Source: Neoconidiobolus thromboides FSU 785
Taxonomy: Eukaryota; Fungi; Entomophthoromycota
Reading direction: 5' to 3'
DNA: 64,000 bases
Assembly (NCBI GenBank): GCA_025603075.1
Contig: MU626284.1
Span: 96,170 to 160,169, forward strand
Positions 11,146 through 22,696 of the stretch are shown here, piece by piece. Every line of letters starts with the position of its first letter. Positions within the stretch are counted from its first letter, which is position 1. The notes below the pieces were generated by a model. The model made no database searches. It saw only the letters and a program-made list of their open reading frames with translations, and was not told where the DNA came from. Position numbers and translations under genes: made by a program.

Positions 11146-11853
11146 ATGTCTACCGAGTCTTTAAATACTGTTGATTTAGTTAAACTGGAACAAAACGTTT
11201 ACAATAAAGAGGAAACCAATTGGAACTATAGATTAAATAAATATTTCAAGACCAAAAAATACCATTATACCATTATCGGTATCGTGTTTCTGGATATAAG
11301 CTTGTTGGCCATAGGTCTGGTATTAGGTAATTGAAAAACGCTTACCACGTAAGAAAACAACTAACTTTTTATCTATAGTCACTTACAATCAACCTGAAAC
11401 TCTATTTGCAAACAAAATTTTGTTCTACATTTCTTGGGTCTTCCCTTTAATTTTTTTTGTAGAAATATTTGTAAAGGTCTATCTAGTCAAGGGATTTAAA
11501 TACTATTTTGACAGTTGGGTCAAAATTGCAGATTTTGTTATCTTAACTTTCTCAGTCGTGTCTGATATTGCTTTGTATGTATTGCTTATGGAACATGCAC
11601 CCGCTACTGCTACAGCAGTCATTATCTTTAGGTTATATAAGATGTTCCGTTTGTTTCATGTTTTTACTCATATACAGCAAATGAATGTAAGTTTGTTTAT
11701 TAGGATTAATATTTAATCTGTCTTATTTTTTTGCCCTTTTAGAGTGAAAATCACCATCCAGAATGCTGTGAAAAAGTGAATCTTCTAGAAGAGCAGATTC
11801 AACAGCTAATGAACGAGCTTGCTAAAGTTGATTGTAGTAAAAATGAGGCATAA
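11146..11853 (+). CDS. HVCN1: Voltage-gated proton channel (Hv1-like voltage-sensor-only protein); exons 11146-11326, 11379-11686, 11743-11853
   Basis: Hand splicing gives 199 aa with four TM helices: S1 VFLDISLL (selectivity Asp), S2 FFVEIFVK, S3 IADF..VSDI and S4 RLYKMFRLFH. There is a C-terminal coiled coil and no pore domain. Introns are GT..AG, and the first has a CTAAC branch site. Confidence 0.85.
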
Positions 11854-12565
11854 TGAGCTTGTTTATGTATATGCTTATCACTTTAAAATACCTTTGAAAG
11901 ATCTATGGCTCAGCATTAGCTTGTTTGAGTTACTTAGTGAGAGTTCTTTTCGGGTAGAACTTTGAAGTTGCTTTGAAAATCCTAAGATGTCACCTTTAGC
12001 GAGATAAGTGATATAGTTAGTTTAATTTTTATTGTATGTGTCTTGAATGGATGATGAAGGGTTTCATTTTAACTGCGAGTTATTTTACAAATGGTTAAAT
12101 ATGAAATAAAATAATAAACATTTATTACACCTTTTCTTAGAAAACATTTCTTTAAAACTTTTAAATAAAAACTAATTTCAGTATAACATTTATAATACAA
12201 AACCTTCACTCTTTAACTTATTATCTATAGCAAGGAATAAGCATCGGGTATTATAAAGCAGTTTATTAATATAAGTGAAATTTTAAGTTAAAACGTAACT
12301 AACGTCATATAAGGAATATTTTAATTGATAAATTTTCAACCCGTATATCAGCTCTTTAATCGAATACCATATTCTCATAGACTATCTTTATAACACATTA
12401 TCGCCCAAAGATAGCATTATACTTAAAACTTAGAGTCTACAGTGTTGGATAAAACTGAGTTAATATTTTCAATTAAAATTCTCTTTATGTAACCAAAATT
12501 TGCAAAGAATGATAATTTAATTCTAGTTCAGCTTATAGAACTTTTATCTCTTTTGTATAATTAAG

Positions 12566-15500
12566 ATGACTGATATAAATATTACATATCAAAATAAAGA
12601 AGAAACAGCGAGAGATGATTTGATATTAAGGAAGCCAGAGATAAAAATAATGGGTGAATATATCGCTTTAAACTCAGAAGAGATAGGAATTAAGTTAAAA
12701 ATTGATTATCACATACTAACACCACTATGTCAAAAGAATATACCAACAAGGATTATTTTCATTGTTTTGGATACTGAGATGAGCACAATCGAGTTACTAC
12801 TTACTAAAAGATATATTATTGATTTAATCTCAGAGGTTTATTTGTATGTGAGAGATATTATTTTTGTTTGTGAAGGGAGTGTGAAAGTATTTCCTTTGAT
12901 GCAATGTCAGCTAACTGAGATCGTTGAGGTGATTGAGAGTTGTACAGAGAATAAAAGTTCGAATTTCAGATCAAGTATTCGAAGATTTTTTAGCTTCATT
13001 CAAGAAAATATATGGAATGACAAGGTTTCAAATGGGCTGATATTTACTAACGGAAACGACCATAATAATAATTCAAGTTTTTATATTATAGATGAGCTCA
13101 AAGATCTAATTAATATTAAAGAAAATCTTAGCTTAAGTATCAACTGTATCACATTTTCATCTAACTATAATAACTTATTTTTAAATTGTTTATTACTAAG
13201 CGGCACTCAAAGAGGTATCTTACAGTTTGTACCCGATTTATCTAGTATAAAAGAGAGTATTAATTCAGTTATTGATTATATGGGGATAATAAAAGTGGAA
13301 TTTTTTATTGGAAATTGCCTACATCAACATCTACAAACTATAACGAATTTAGATAGCTATTTAATTATTAAAAAAGATAAATACAGTAATGATGAGATGG
13401 TATTATTTATTAAACAGATTAGTGAAAAGAAAAAAGAAACTTTTATACCCATTAGTAGTATAAAATGTAAACAGTATTTTAAAGATGATTTAACCGGGCA
13501 TTATCAGTTTATCCATAGCACCTTTATTGAACTTGAGATTAAAACGATAGCAAAGCAAGTGTTTGATTTTAAAGTGAAGCCATTAATAAATGAAGAGTTA
13601 GATGATATACATAGAACTTTAGATAAGATCAATCGACTTTTGGATGCCAATTTTCAAACTATTGGTAGGTCCAAGGTGGAAAGCCGGAAATTGGTACGTA
13701 ATAAAATTTTACATGTTAAGAGACTGGCCAAGAAATTAGAGCATAATGTATTACAATATAGAAATAACCAACTGAACCATGATAGGATAGCTCAATGGAG
13801 GACTCTAACGCCAGATAGCATTTCAGTGAATAATAAAGGTAAAAAAGCCATATTTAAAAGGATGGGTAAAAATATTAGGAGAATTGAAAGGAATGAGAAG
13901 AGGATAACAGAATTATCACACTTAATTAATAATACAGAGCTACATAAAGAAATAAATAGTACTTTATTAGAGAACACAAGATGCGCTTTTAGCAGAGTGA
14001 ACTTAATAGAAGCATTGGAATCTGGGGATTGTATAGGTTTAGGTTTATTGGTGGGACGTAATGATTCTACAATCTTTGATCCAAGTAAGATTAATATCTT
14101 AGATATAAGCTCCACATTTATAAGTGTGGACACGTTTATGGAGATGTTAACTTACAAAATACAAGTACAAAATTTGGAGGACGATTTGGTACATGGGGGT
14201 TTTAATACATTGTTGGATTCCTTTGTCACTTCAGGTTTAAGGAATGAAAAGATCAATGCCATTTTGCCATTGTATTTACATCCAAAGCATTGGGAAATTT
14301 CATCAAGGAGATCAAGACCTATATTGGCGTGGATGACTACTTTATCTATTACTGGGGGATCTGGGTCAGAGTTGAAAGTGATACCATTTATGGTATTGTC
14401 AAAATGTTTCGAAAATTACCTGTCGAATAACACAGAGCATAATTTATTTGTCCTTAAATTACTGTTTGAAACTTGCTTACAAGTTTATCAATTTCCATTT
14501 CAAACAAGTATACAAGAGGATACTATCAAAAAGTTTAAAGATTATAAAAATGGCGCTTTAAATAGAACTATCGACGTTATCCCAGATAACCTATTGTTTC
14601 TAATGAGGCTATTATGCGCAGTCCATTTGAAGGATATTTCAAAGGAAGACTTTTTTGATACTTTGAAGCAGGTCAAAGACGAACTGCTTGAAGAAAGCAT
14701 AAGAAGAAGATTGAATGTGGATTGGTTTCAGCCTAGATATGGAAATAATCTAATTGAATTGATGAATATTAATTTAGATAAAGATGTCAATGATGTATTT
14801 GAGGAATGGGAAACTAGAAAAGAAATCGAAAGAGTAAACAGAAGGAAACAATTGAGTTATTCAGCTTATATAAAAATGCTTAAAGGAGTTGAAGGGATAT
14901 ACAACAATAAAGAAGACGAAATAGACTATAGCGATTTACCATTGTTTAGGTTTGATGAAGTAAACTACAAGTTATCTGAAGCAACAAAATATTTCATAAA
15001 AGACACCAAAAACTATATAAAGCAAGATGTCAATATATTATTAAACTTAATTGATTTATTCACTATTGATACAGATTTGATTATTAAGCAAGATTTGAAT
15101 GAGATGAAAAAATATAGCAGTCAACTTAACAAAAATAATATCGATACTTGGTTAGACGCATTTTCAATTGAGCAACAATTTTCAATCTTTCATCAAAGTT
15201 ATTTACATCGAGATAATGAAGTTCGAAGAAAAGCAATAGTAGAAGGAAGATACATTAATTATTGTTTACCAGAGTACAAAGATAAACTTAAATATAATTA
15301 TATGTCAAATCTGATTGAAAAAGAAGTCAATGAAACACTTCTATTAAAAAAGCAAAGATATATAAGCATCATTAAAGATCTTGAAGATAATTTATTGGCA
15401 ACCAAATTATATACTACTATTGATTTAGAAGAATTTGCAGCAATATTAAAATACAAAATCAAGTATCGTTCAGTTAGAAGCTTTAGCTACTTTTTAACTA

Positions 15501-15748
15501 AATTTCAAAATGAAAAAATTCATAATGACCAAGAATATCATTTAAGATATGGTAAATTGATAATTATTATCAATGGTCAATTTCAACAACAAATTTTATT
15601 TTTGGAAAACACTGAATGGCTCCCATCAAATTCGAATATTAGAAAGTTAATTAGACCATTTTTTATTTATGGTAAAATATTTAATGTAAATCAATTTTGT
15701 ACTCTGTTCCCGAAAAAACAAAGTTGGGTCTTAGATAACTTTAGTTAA
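12566..15748 (+). CDS. Uncharacterised 1060-aa protein with a degenerate N-terminal vWA-like domain (paralog A)
   Basis: Long intronless ORF. vWA-like elements IIFIVLDTEMS, SSNFRSSI and LIFTNGND. Clear local similarity to 27770-30889. Confidence 0.8.
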   Translation: MTDINITYQNKEETARDDLILRKPEIKIMGEYIALNSEEIGIKLKIDYHILTPLCQKNIPTRIIFIVLDTEMSTIELLLTKRYIIDLISEVYLYVRDIIFVCEGSVKVFPLMQCQLTEIVEVIESCTENKSSNFRSSIRRFFSFIQENIWNDKVSNGLIFTNGNDHNNNSSFYIIDELKDLINIKENLSLSINCITFSSNYNNLFLNCLLLSGTQRGILQFVPDLSSIKESINSVIDYMGIIKVEFFIGNCLHQHLQTITNLDSYLIIKKDKYSNDEMVLFIKQISEKKKETFIPISSIKCKQYFKDDLTGHYQFIHSTFIELEIKTIAKQVFDFKVKPLINEELDDIHRTLDKINRLLDANFQTIGRSKVESRKLVRNKILHVKRLAKKLEHNVLQYRNNQLNHDRIAQWRTLTPDSISVNNKGKKAIFKRMGKNIRRIERNEKRITELSHLINNTELHKEINSTLLENTRCAFSRVNLIEALESGDCIGLGLLVGRNDSTIFDPSKINILDISSTFISVDTFMEMLTYKIQVQNLEDDLVHGGFNTLLDSFVTSGLRNEKINAILPLYLHPKHWEISSRRSRPILAWMTTLSITGGSGSELKVIPFMVLSKCFENYLSNNTEHNLFVLKLLFETCLQVYQFPFQTSIQEDTIKKFKDYKNGALNRTIDVIPDNLLFLMRLLCAVHLKDISKEDFFDTLKQVKDELLEESIRRRLNVDWFQPRYGNNLIELMNINLDKDVNDVFEEWETRKEIERVNRRKQLSYSAYIKMLKGVEGIYNNKEDEIDYSDLPLFRFDEVNYKLSEATKYFIKDTKNYIKQDVNILLNLIDLFTIDTDLIIKQDLNEMKKYSSQLNKNNIDTWLDAFSIEQQFSIFHQSYLHRDNEVRRKAIVEGRYINYCLPEYKDKLKYNYMSNLIEKEVNETLLLKKQRYISIIKDLEDNLLATKLYTTIDLEEFAAILKYKIKYRSVRSFSYFLTKFQNEKIHNDQEYHLRYGKLIIIINGQFQQQILFLENTEWLPSNSNIRKLIRPFFIYGKIFNVNQFCTLFPKKQSWVLDNFS

Positions 15749-16145
15749 TGTTATTGGTATTAATAAAACGCTTTTATAACATTGTTTCTATTAAATTCAG
15801 ATTGGGCTAATCCACTCATTTTAAAACTTTTATAATCATTATTCTTTAACGCTGTCCTTTGAATTATCTACCACTCAATAGATAAAGTAGGAACGGGTGG
15901 AGAAGATGAATAGAACGTCAGTATGGTTGATTGAAGGTGTGATTATTCATCTAGGTTGACAATGCTTTAAACGATCTATACAGCATTTTATAATAATTTT
16001 TAATCATAATGATGCATGTTGAATTTTTATTGCATAAAAATAAAGCAGTTTAAAAACATATGAAAACATTTAATTTAAGGAACTATTTTATTTAAATAAA
16101 GAAAATATCATACTCGAAATAAGCTCAACCTATTATGTTAATGAT

Positions 16146-16793
16146 CTATTTATCTTTGTCTTCTTTATCTTCTTTCTTCTCATCCTTCTTTTTATCTTTC
16201 TTCTCATCCTTCTTTTTATCTTTTTTGTTTTTCTTATCCTTATTGTCTTTTTTGTTTTTCTTGTTCTTCTTGTTCTTCTTCTTATCCGTTTTAGCTACTT
16301 TCTTATCCTTTTTACTTTCCTTTTTAAACTCTGAAATTTTACCACCACATTCCACCTTCATATATTTGCCTTGATCAAGTGATTTTTCCAAAGCTTCTTT
16401 AATAGCTTCGCCCTTCACCTTCTTGTCTTTAGCGCATTTATTTTCCGCTATTACTGCAGCATAGTTCTTTTTAGCTTTTTTAAGGGTAAAGACAGACCAC
16501 TTCTTTTTGTTCTTTCTAGTTGTGCCAGCATATACTACTTTGGCCTTCTTTTTGGAGGCTTTCTTTTCGGATTTCGTAAGCTTCTTTTTAGATCCCTTAG
16601 ACTTCTTGATAGACTTCTTGATATCTCTGATATCCCCGGTTGGTAAGTCTTCGATCGGACCTTCAAATTCCTCCTTTACCTTTTCTGGTGCACTAGTTAA
16701 CTTGATCTTTGACAAGGATTTGCTTCTTGGAGAAGCTTCAACTGCCGAAATGGCAAATAAGCAAGCTGCAACTAAAAGATAGGTAAATTTCAT
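16146..16793 (-). CDS. Secreted lysine-rich (polycationic) protein
   Basis: Signal peptide MKFTYLLVAACLFAISAVEA, a K-rich body and a KKD/KKN repeat tail. A TATA-like element lies about 50 bp upstream (TTTTTATAG on +). Confidence 0.85.
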   Translation of the reverse strand: MKFTYLLVAACLFAISAVEASPRSKSLSKIKLTSAPEKVKEEFEGPIEDLPTGDIRDIKKSIKKSKGSKKKLTKSEKKASKKKAKVVYAGTTRKNKKKWSVFTLKKAKKNYAAVIAENKCAKDKKVKGEAIKEALEKSLDQGKYMKVECGGKISEFKKESKKDKKVAKTDKKKNKKNKKNKKDNKDKKNKKDKKKDEKKDKKKDEKKEDKEDKDK

Positions 16794-18103
16794 GATATTA
16801 TATTATAATTACAAGTTGAGAGAAAAGAAGAAAAAAGGAAGTTTTTTATAGTCAGAGTATTGGTTCTTGATTAAAAGGAATTGAATATTTCTATAATTAA
16901 TTACTTTAATTGAAATAAGAAATTTATTGCCTATTTTGTCAAATCCAATTTTTAAGGAATTAAATATTTCAAAATTTAATAAAATTTAAAAAATTGAAGC
17001 TTTATTAAGTAAGTTTTAAACTGAAAGTAATAAATACCAATACATAGTATTGGCTATATGCCCATATATAGTTTTATAATGGTATATTGTCTAGTATTTA
17101 TTATAACAATGATAGTACCTCATGCTATAAACTATAGATTATGGTAACTTGAGATATTGTTTTATGTTATTAAACTACTTAATTAATAAATTCTGATCAC
17201 TAAGTGCTATTAGCTTATTAATTTTATTATCGTTTTTTCGGTAACATGTTTCTAAAATTAACTAAAATAAAGCAACAACTAAACCTTAATACCATATGTT
17301 TTATTTAATAAACGGATCAGTATAGCTACAACTTAAAAACATAAGTTCCATAGTAGTGTTTTATACCTGATTATTAAATTATGTCTTACTTGATAGCGTT
17401 AAAATACAAAATAATTTGTTAAGTGAAAGTAAAAATTGTAAGAACTTCAATTAATAACTCTTGGAAAATATTATAACGGTTCTATTTATAATGTTATATT
17501 TATTTTAAAAATAAAATAAAGCGTAAATAATCGGAATTAAGTAATTTATAAAACAATATAAATACCCCTCTATTACTATAACAATTCAATGTTCCAATCA
17601 AATCCTATATCAAAATCAAGAGTAATAAATTTAAGTATATTAAACACCTTTTTTATAAATATATAACATTGACAGCTTTAGCAATTACAAGCAAAAAATT
17701 AATAAAAACTAAACAAAACAGTATGAATTTGTAGTATTTTGTTTGATTTTTTTGACTGCAATTAATAAAAACCATCAGTGTTGTATGTATTCGTAAAAAA
17801 TGTGTATAACCATTGGATTTTTGTTATAAAGCAGCTAATAATCAACTAATACTAGCTTTTAAGACCAAAATCAAGTAATAAATGAAATGCTTTTTTACTC
17901 AATTATTTTCTCTTTTTATATAACACAAAATTTAGAAATGATTACTAGCTAATCACTAAAACGAGAACATCTACCAAGTTATTCTCTATTTAAATAAGAA
18001 TGAGCTAGCTGGCCTTGTTTTCTTATCATTTGTACGCTTTTTATATTTATTGAAAAAGACAGTATTTTTCAATATCTTTTAGTGATTTTATATTTAACAA
18101 TAT

Positions 18104-18188
18104 GGGGATGTTTTTTTCATCACTTCCATTTTTTAAGTGTTATTTGAGTAGAAAAGCTGCTAATAAAATTTTTAAAAAACACTTCCCC
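18104..18188 (+). mobile_element. MITE copy 5 (internal deletion, TSD ATAT)
   Basis: GGGGATGT...ACTTCCCC flanked by ATAT/ATAT, 85 bp. Confidence 0.75.
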
Positions 18189-18460
18189 ATATTGTATACC
18201 ATTTTTACAAACCCAGCTGTAATTTATTCAAATATACAAACTAACTAAAAATCTTTTATGTGTTAAGCTAATCAATCCTTATTTGGTTATATTAAAACTA
18301 AATTATAAAATCTATTATTACTAGTAGTCTATTTTGCTACTCTTTCTTCTCTAAATAAGTGCCTGATTTCATAGAAGCAATTTCACTTAACTTTAGATAA
18401 ATACAGCTCAATAAATACCGATTCTATAAGTTTCACTTTATTACCATTAGAAAGATATAT

Positions 18461-18558
18461 AGGGATGTGTTTTTGTGTTTAAGAATTTTACTAACAAATT
18501 TTCCGCTTAAATAGCGCTTAAAAAATGGAAAAAATAATGAAGCCAAAAAAACACTCCC
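18461..18558 (-). mobile_element. MITE copy 6 (TSD ATAT)
   Basis: AGGGATGT...ACACTCCC flanked by ATAT/ATAT, with core AATAGCGCTTAAAA. Confidence 0.82.
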
Positions 18559-19384
18559 ATATATCATCTTGTTTATTTTTGATATAAATATAAAGCCTTT
18601 ACAAAACCAGAGTAGTATTTTTTTTCATAAGTATCATTTTTAACCATTAAGCAGTTATTTAATCAAAAAATATTACTAAGAATTGATAAGAATAGTTAAA
18701 TAGTAAATAAAAAATTCTTTTATTTAATACTCATATTTATATTACAATTATTTATATTAAAATGTATTATTTGATTAATTTGTATAAAAATGTTGTTTAC
18801 TTGCTTCTAATTTAGCATCTCAAAAGATTACTAAAATAAACTAAATACCTTTGTAAGTTCGTAAGCTAGTATACATGAATGTTTTATATAGGCTAAAATA
18901 AGTTTAAAGTTCTGCAAAGCATTAGACTGTTTTTATTAGAAAAATAAACAAAATATTTGAACACTTTGTATTTAAAAAATGGATTTATTAAAATATTAAA
19001 ACCTCTTGAAACTTATATGCTCTTATACAACTTTTATTATTTAATTAGAATAGTTTATGCATTATGGGATATTTAGTATACTATAGTATCTAAATAAAAA
19101 TGTAACAAATTTTATAGAATTTACAGTTTAAAAAATTATACTTGTATAATAGTATCAAATAATAAAAATATTACTTCATTTATTAACATGACCATTTTAT
19201 ACAAGCTTTCAAAGTAATAATTATTTAATGTTTTAAATCAATAAATTTGATGTAAAACAATGGACTATTAATTCTTAATAAGTAAGTAATAAGCAAAAAT
19301 AAAATATTGAAGACACAAATAATAAATAGCTGTTTATTGTAAAGTAATTAATGATAACACCAAAGGAAAAGAAAGAAAAAAAAA

Positions 19385-20262
19385 TTAAATATCGTTTAAA
19401 AACGCTCTACTAAAATTTTCTAGAAACTCATCATCATCATTAGAAGTTATAGTTGTAGAGGAAGTAGGGATAGTAGCTGTAGAAGTGGATTGAGTTATAA
19501 AGGAATAATCTGGATTAAAAAAATGATCAAATAAATTTAAAGCTGGAGAAGGTTGTGAATAATCCGTAGTATCTAAATAGTCGGTAGAGACTTCCTCTTG
19601 TTTTTTGATTTTTCTCACTTTTTTACTTTGTTCTACTTTTTCTTTTCGTTTCCTTCTTGCTTCTTGTTTATGTGGATTTAATGCGGTGTTAAAATGATTT
19701 TTAATGGAATTATCGGGTCTAAAATTAAGAATTTAATATAAAATATAAGCTATTAAATAAAATTTAATCTACCTTCCAACTAATTGCTTTGAAATAGTGG
19801 CCCATTTGGGACCAATTTTATGATACATATCTAAGATTATTTGATTTTCTTGGTCAGTAAATGGGGCTTTATTTACTAATATAAAGTTAATATCTTAATA
19901 CATTAAAAGAAATAAATAGCACTACCATTTGGATCAAGGTGATTATGCCATCTCTCTCTACATTGTTTACCAGTACGTGTTTTTATAACTCGACCAAAAG
20001 AGGACCATGAAATTGTATTTTTATTTTCATTCATGAGTTGAATTAATAAGCCATCTTCTTCCTTTGTCCAAGCTCCCTTTTTTGGTTTTTTTTTGATAGT
20101 TGGTACAAGTTCATTGATAGTACTATCATCAGAGCAAGATAAAGATAAATTGGGGGAAGAAGAGTTTAAAGCTAAAGCTAAATTGTCTTCATGTACTTGA
20201 ATCCAATTGACTTCGTCATTGTTTAATAACGCGGAATTAAATAAACTATTAATTTGTTCCAT
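19385..20262 (-). CDS. Two-repeat Myb transcription factor; exons 20262-19926, 19875-19773, 19718-19385
   Basis: Repeat 1 KGAWTKEED..W..RTGKQCRERWHNHLDP and, after splicing, repeat 2 VNKAPFTDQEN..GPKWATISKQLVGRPDNSIKNHFN. The exons total 774 nt, in frame. Confidence 0.9.
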
Positions 20263-22696
20263 TATATAAATAAAAAAAATAAACGTTTAAAATTTCATTG
20301 TTTTTCATATTTATATTTTACCCCCTTAGATTTATTTTTTCCCCTCCTTTTTTTGATTTCTCCAGTTGGCTAATTAGTTATGCCCCAACTGCCCCTTTTT
20401 GATTACAGCTTCTTTTCAATACTTGAATAGCAATTTCTTATTTCATTTGCTCATTTTAACCTGTTAAATTAATTTTCATTTGAATCCATTGTTATTGTTA
20501 TTAAAATCATAACAAATATTATAGAATACTATCAAACCTATCTATTTAGAACCACTATTATAAGCCACAGGTGATTCAATCTTTTTTTAAGAAGTGGAGT
20601 CTTGGCTTAGAATAAAAGATCTAATTCATTAAATAAGCTAGCTTGATGTTTTAGTAGCTCAATTATTATTATGATTATTAAAAGTAAAAGTCCTTGGCTA
20701 ACACCTATTTTTAATGATTTATTACATAAAAGTCAATTATTTATAACTACACACATTTTTTAAAAGTACCCTCAATAGGTTTTATCATCCGTATATAGCA
20801 ACTTGTGTTTTTTAATATCAAAAATTCATAAACTATAAAAAACAAAACTTTAGAATTATTTGATAATAAATATTTGATATAAAATACCTTACAACAATAC
20901 TATACTATAATAGAACCTATTCAATTGTGTAATTAACAAATGACGTTATTATTTTATGAAACGTCACTTAAGAATGTGATATTTATTCAAATCCTCATAT
21001 GGCTTTTAGCTAAAAACTGTTGATATTTTAAACCAATTATCCTTTTATAATAATAAAAGTTTCGAAAATATAACAATAAAAAACTAGAAATAACAGTTGA
21101 TATTTTATAAATAGCATAAAAGATAATAGTTAATATCCTAACCTAATAACTATGCCTCTAGATCATTAATATTTTTATCCCTTATTCTCCCTGTTTTAAT
21201 AGTTTGATCGTTATTTAATGTTATTCAACCTCCTGAGTGTTGAAGCACTTTTAATTGTTTACAAATAGCTTGAATAGTTCTAGTGTTTTTATAGATCTTT
21301 AATATTGAGTTTAATTTATTATCAAGTATTTGAATTTAATTTTTATATTCTCTTTTAACTTCTATTTTTTTATATTTGAAAATTTTAAACTTATTATTTT
21401 TGGGAAGTTGTTGAGTATTTTCAAATGTTAAACATGAAATAAAGTAGTATCTTCTTTAGTTTCCTTCATTTGTCTATTTTTTATGGGATATAAAATTAAC
21501 GAAGTAATATTTACATGTCATTTATTAAATTTTAATGCTTTAAAATGAAGTTTTGATATATAACTTTAATTTGAAAGACTATAACTCGTATACTATATCA
21601 ACTTTGCATTCTTTTGTTATCATATTAAATTAAAATAATAACGGAGCAGGAATTATGTTTAAAAATATAAATAGACTTAGGGATAAAAAATTTAAAAACA
21701 ATTAGAGATTAATACATCTATTGTAACTCTTTTGTGACTATTTTAGCGATGATTTTTATAATCAACTTATTTATTAGCCTATTTTTTAATGCCTAGTCCA
21801 TATATTAATGCCAATTTTGACATAATTTTTTCCCTTAGATTAATAGCTAGTTATGCCACAAAACAGTTATACTGTGTAGAATAGTTTTCGGGCAAATCTT
21901 ATTATTCTGATCTATTCAAAGTACTGCAAAAGTTGCAGTGATAGAAATGAATAAAAAGAATAATAGAATAGCCCTTCTATTTAGCCAAGAATCCACCTTA
22001 AAGGCTAATTAATGCGTAAAAAATATTACATAATGAGTTAACATTGGTACGATAAAAAATCAATTTTTTACTATAAAAGATAATAATTTTGTGCTTTTAA
22101 CTTAGGTATCCTATTATCCTATGTCTCTTTCCTTAACTTTGTTTTGCCACTCCTTTATTTTTATTTTTATTTTTACATTTTATAAATTAATTTTGAGATT
22201 AATTAAGGTAATGAAAATCTTTGATCTTAAATTTAAGAATTTAAATTGAGTTTCTTCTTTTTATAGACTCGATTTAATCAACCTTCTCTCAAACCTATAG
22301 TTAATAATTGTTTATTACGTATCCAATCATCAACGCATGGTAAATATAGGAGCTAATTGATTTGTGGATTATTATTGTTTAGCAAATCAGATAAAGATCA
22401 CTCAACCATTTGAAGTAAAACCAATTTAAAATGAACAACTAAATAAAGTCAAAGTTGAATTAATCGCAACCAATTCACCTTTTATATTGAACTAATGAGC
22501 GAATTTAAATAAGAAGTGTTCCAAAGATAGCTTTTTAATGGGGCCGTTTGAAGTTTTTTAAGTTACAAAATTAGTAAGATTTAAATTTATAACCAACTAG
22601 TTTGATATCATTTTTAATAATTTGATTAAAAAAGTTCAAATTTCATATTATTTGTTAACTTTTTTATTTTATCTTCTTTCAACTTGAATTAAGTGG

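Noticed and set aside
13792-14133. Antisense ORF within vWA-like paralog A
   Set aside because: It is a shadow of the long sense ORF with no independent features.
16135-16782. Hydrophobic F/L/S-rich + strand ORFs (16135-16374, 16507-16782)
   Set aside because: They are the antisense of the Lys-rich gene, where AAG/AAA codons read as Leu/Phe on the other strand.
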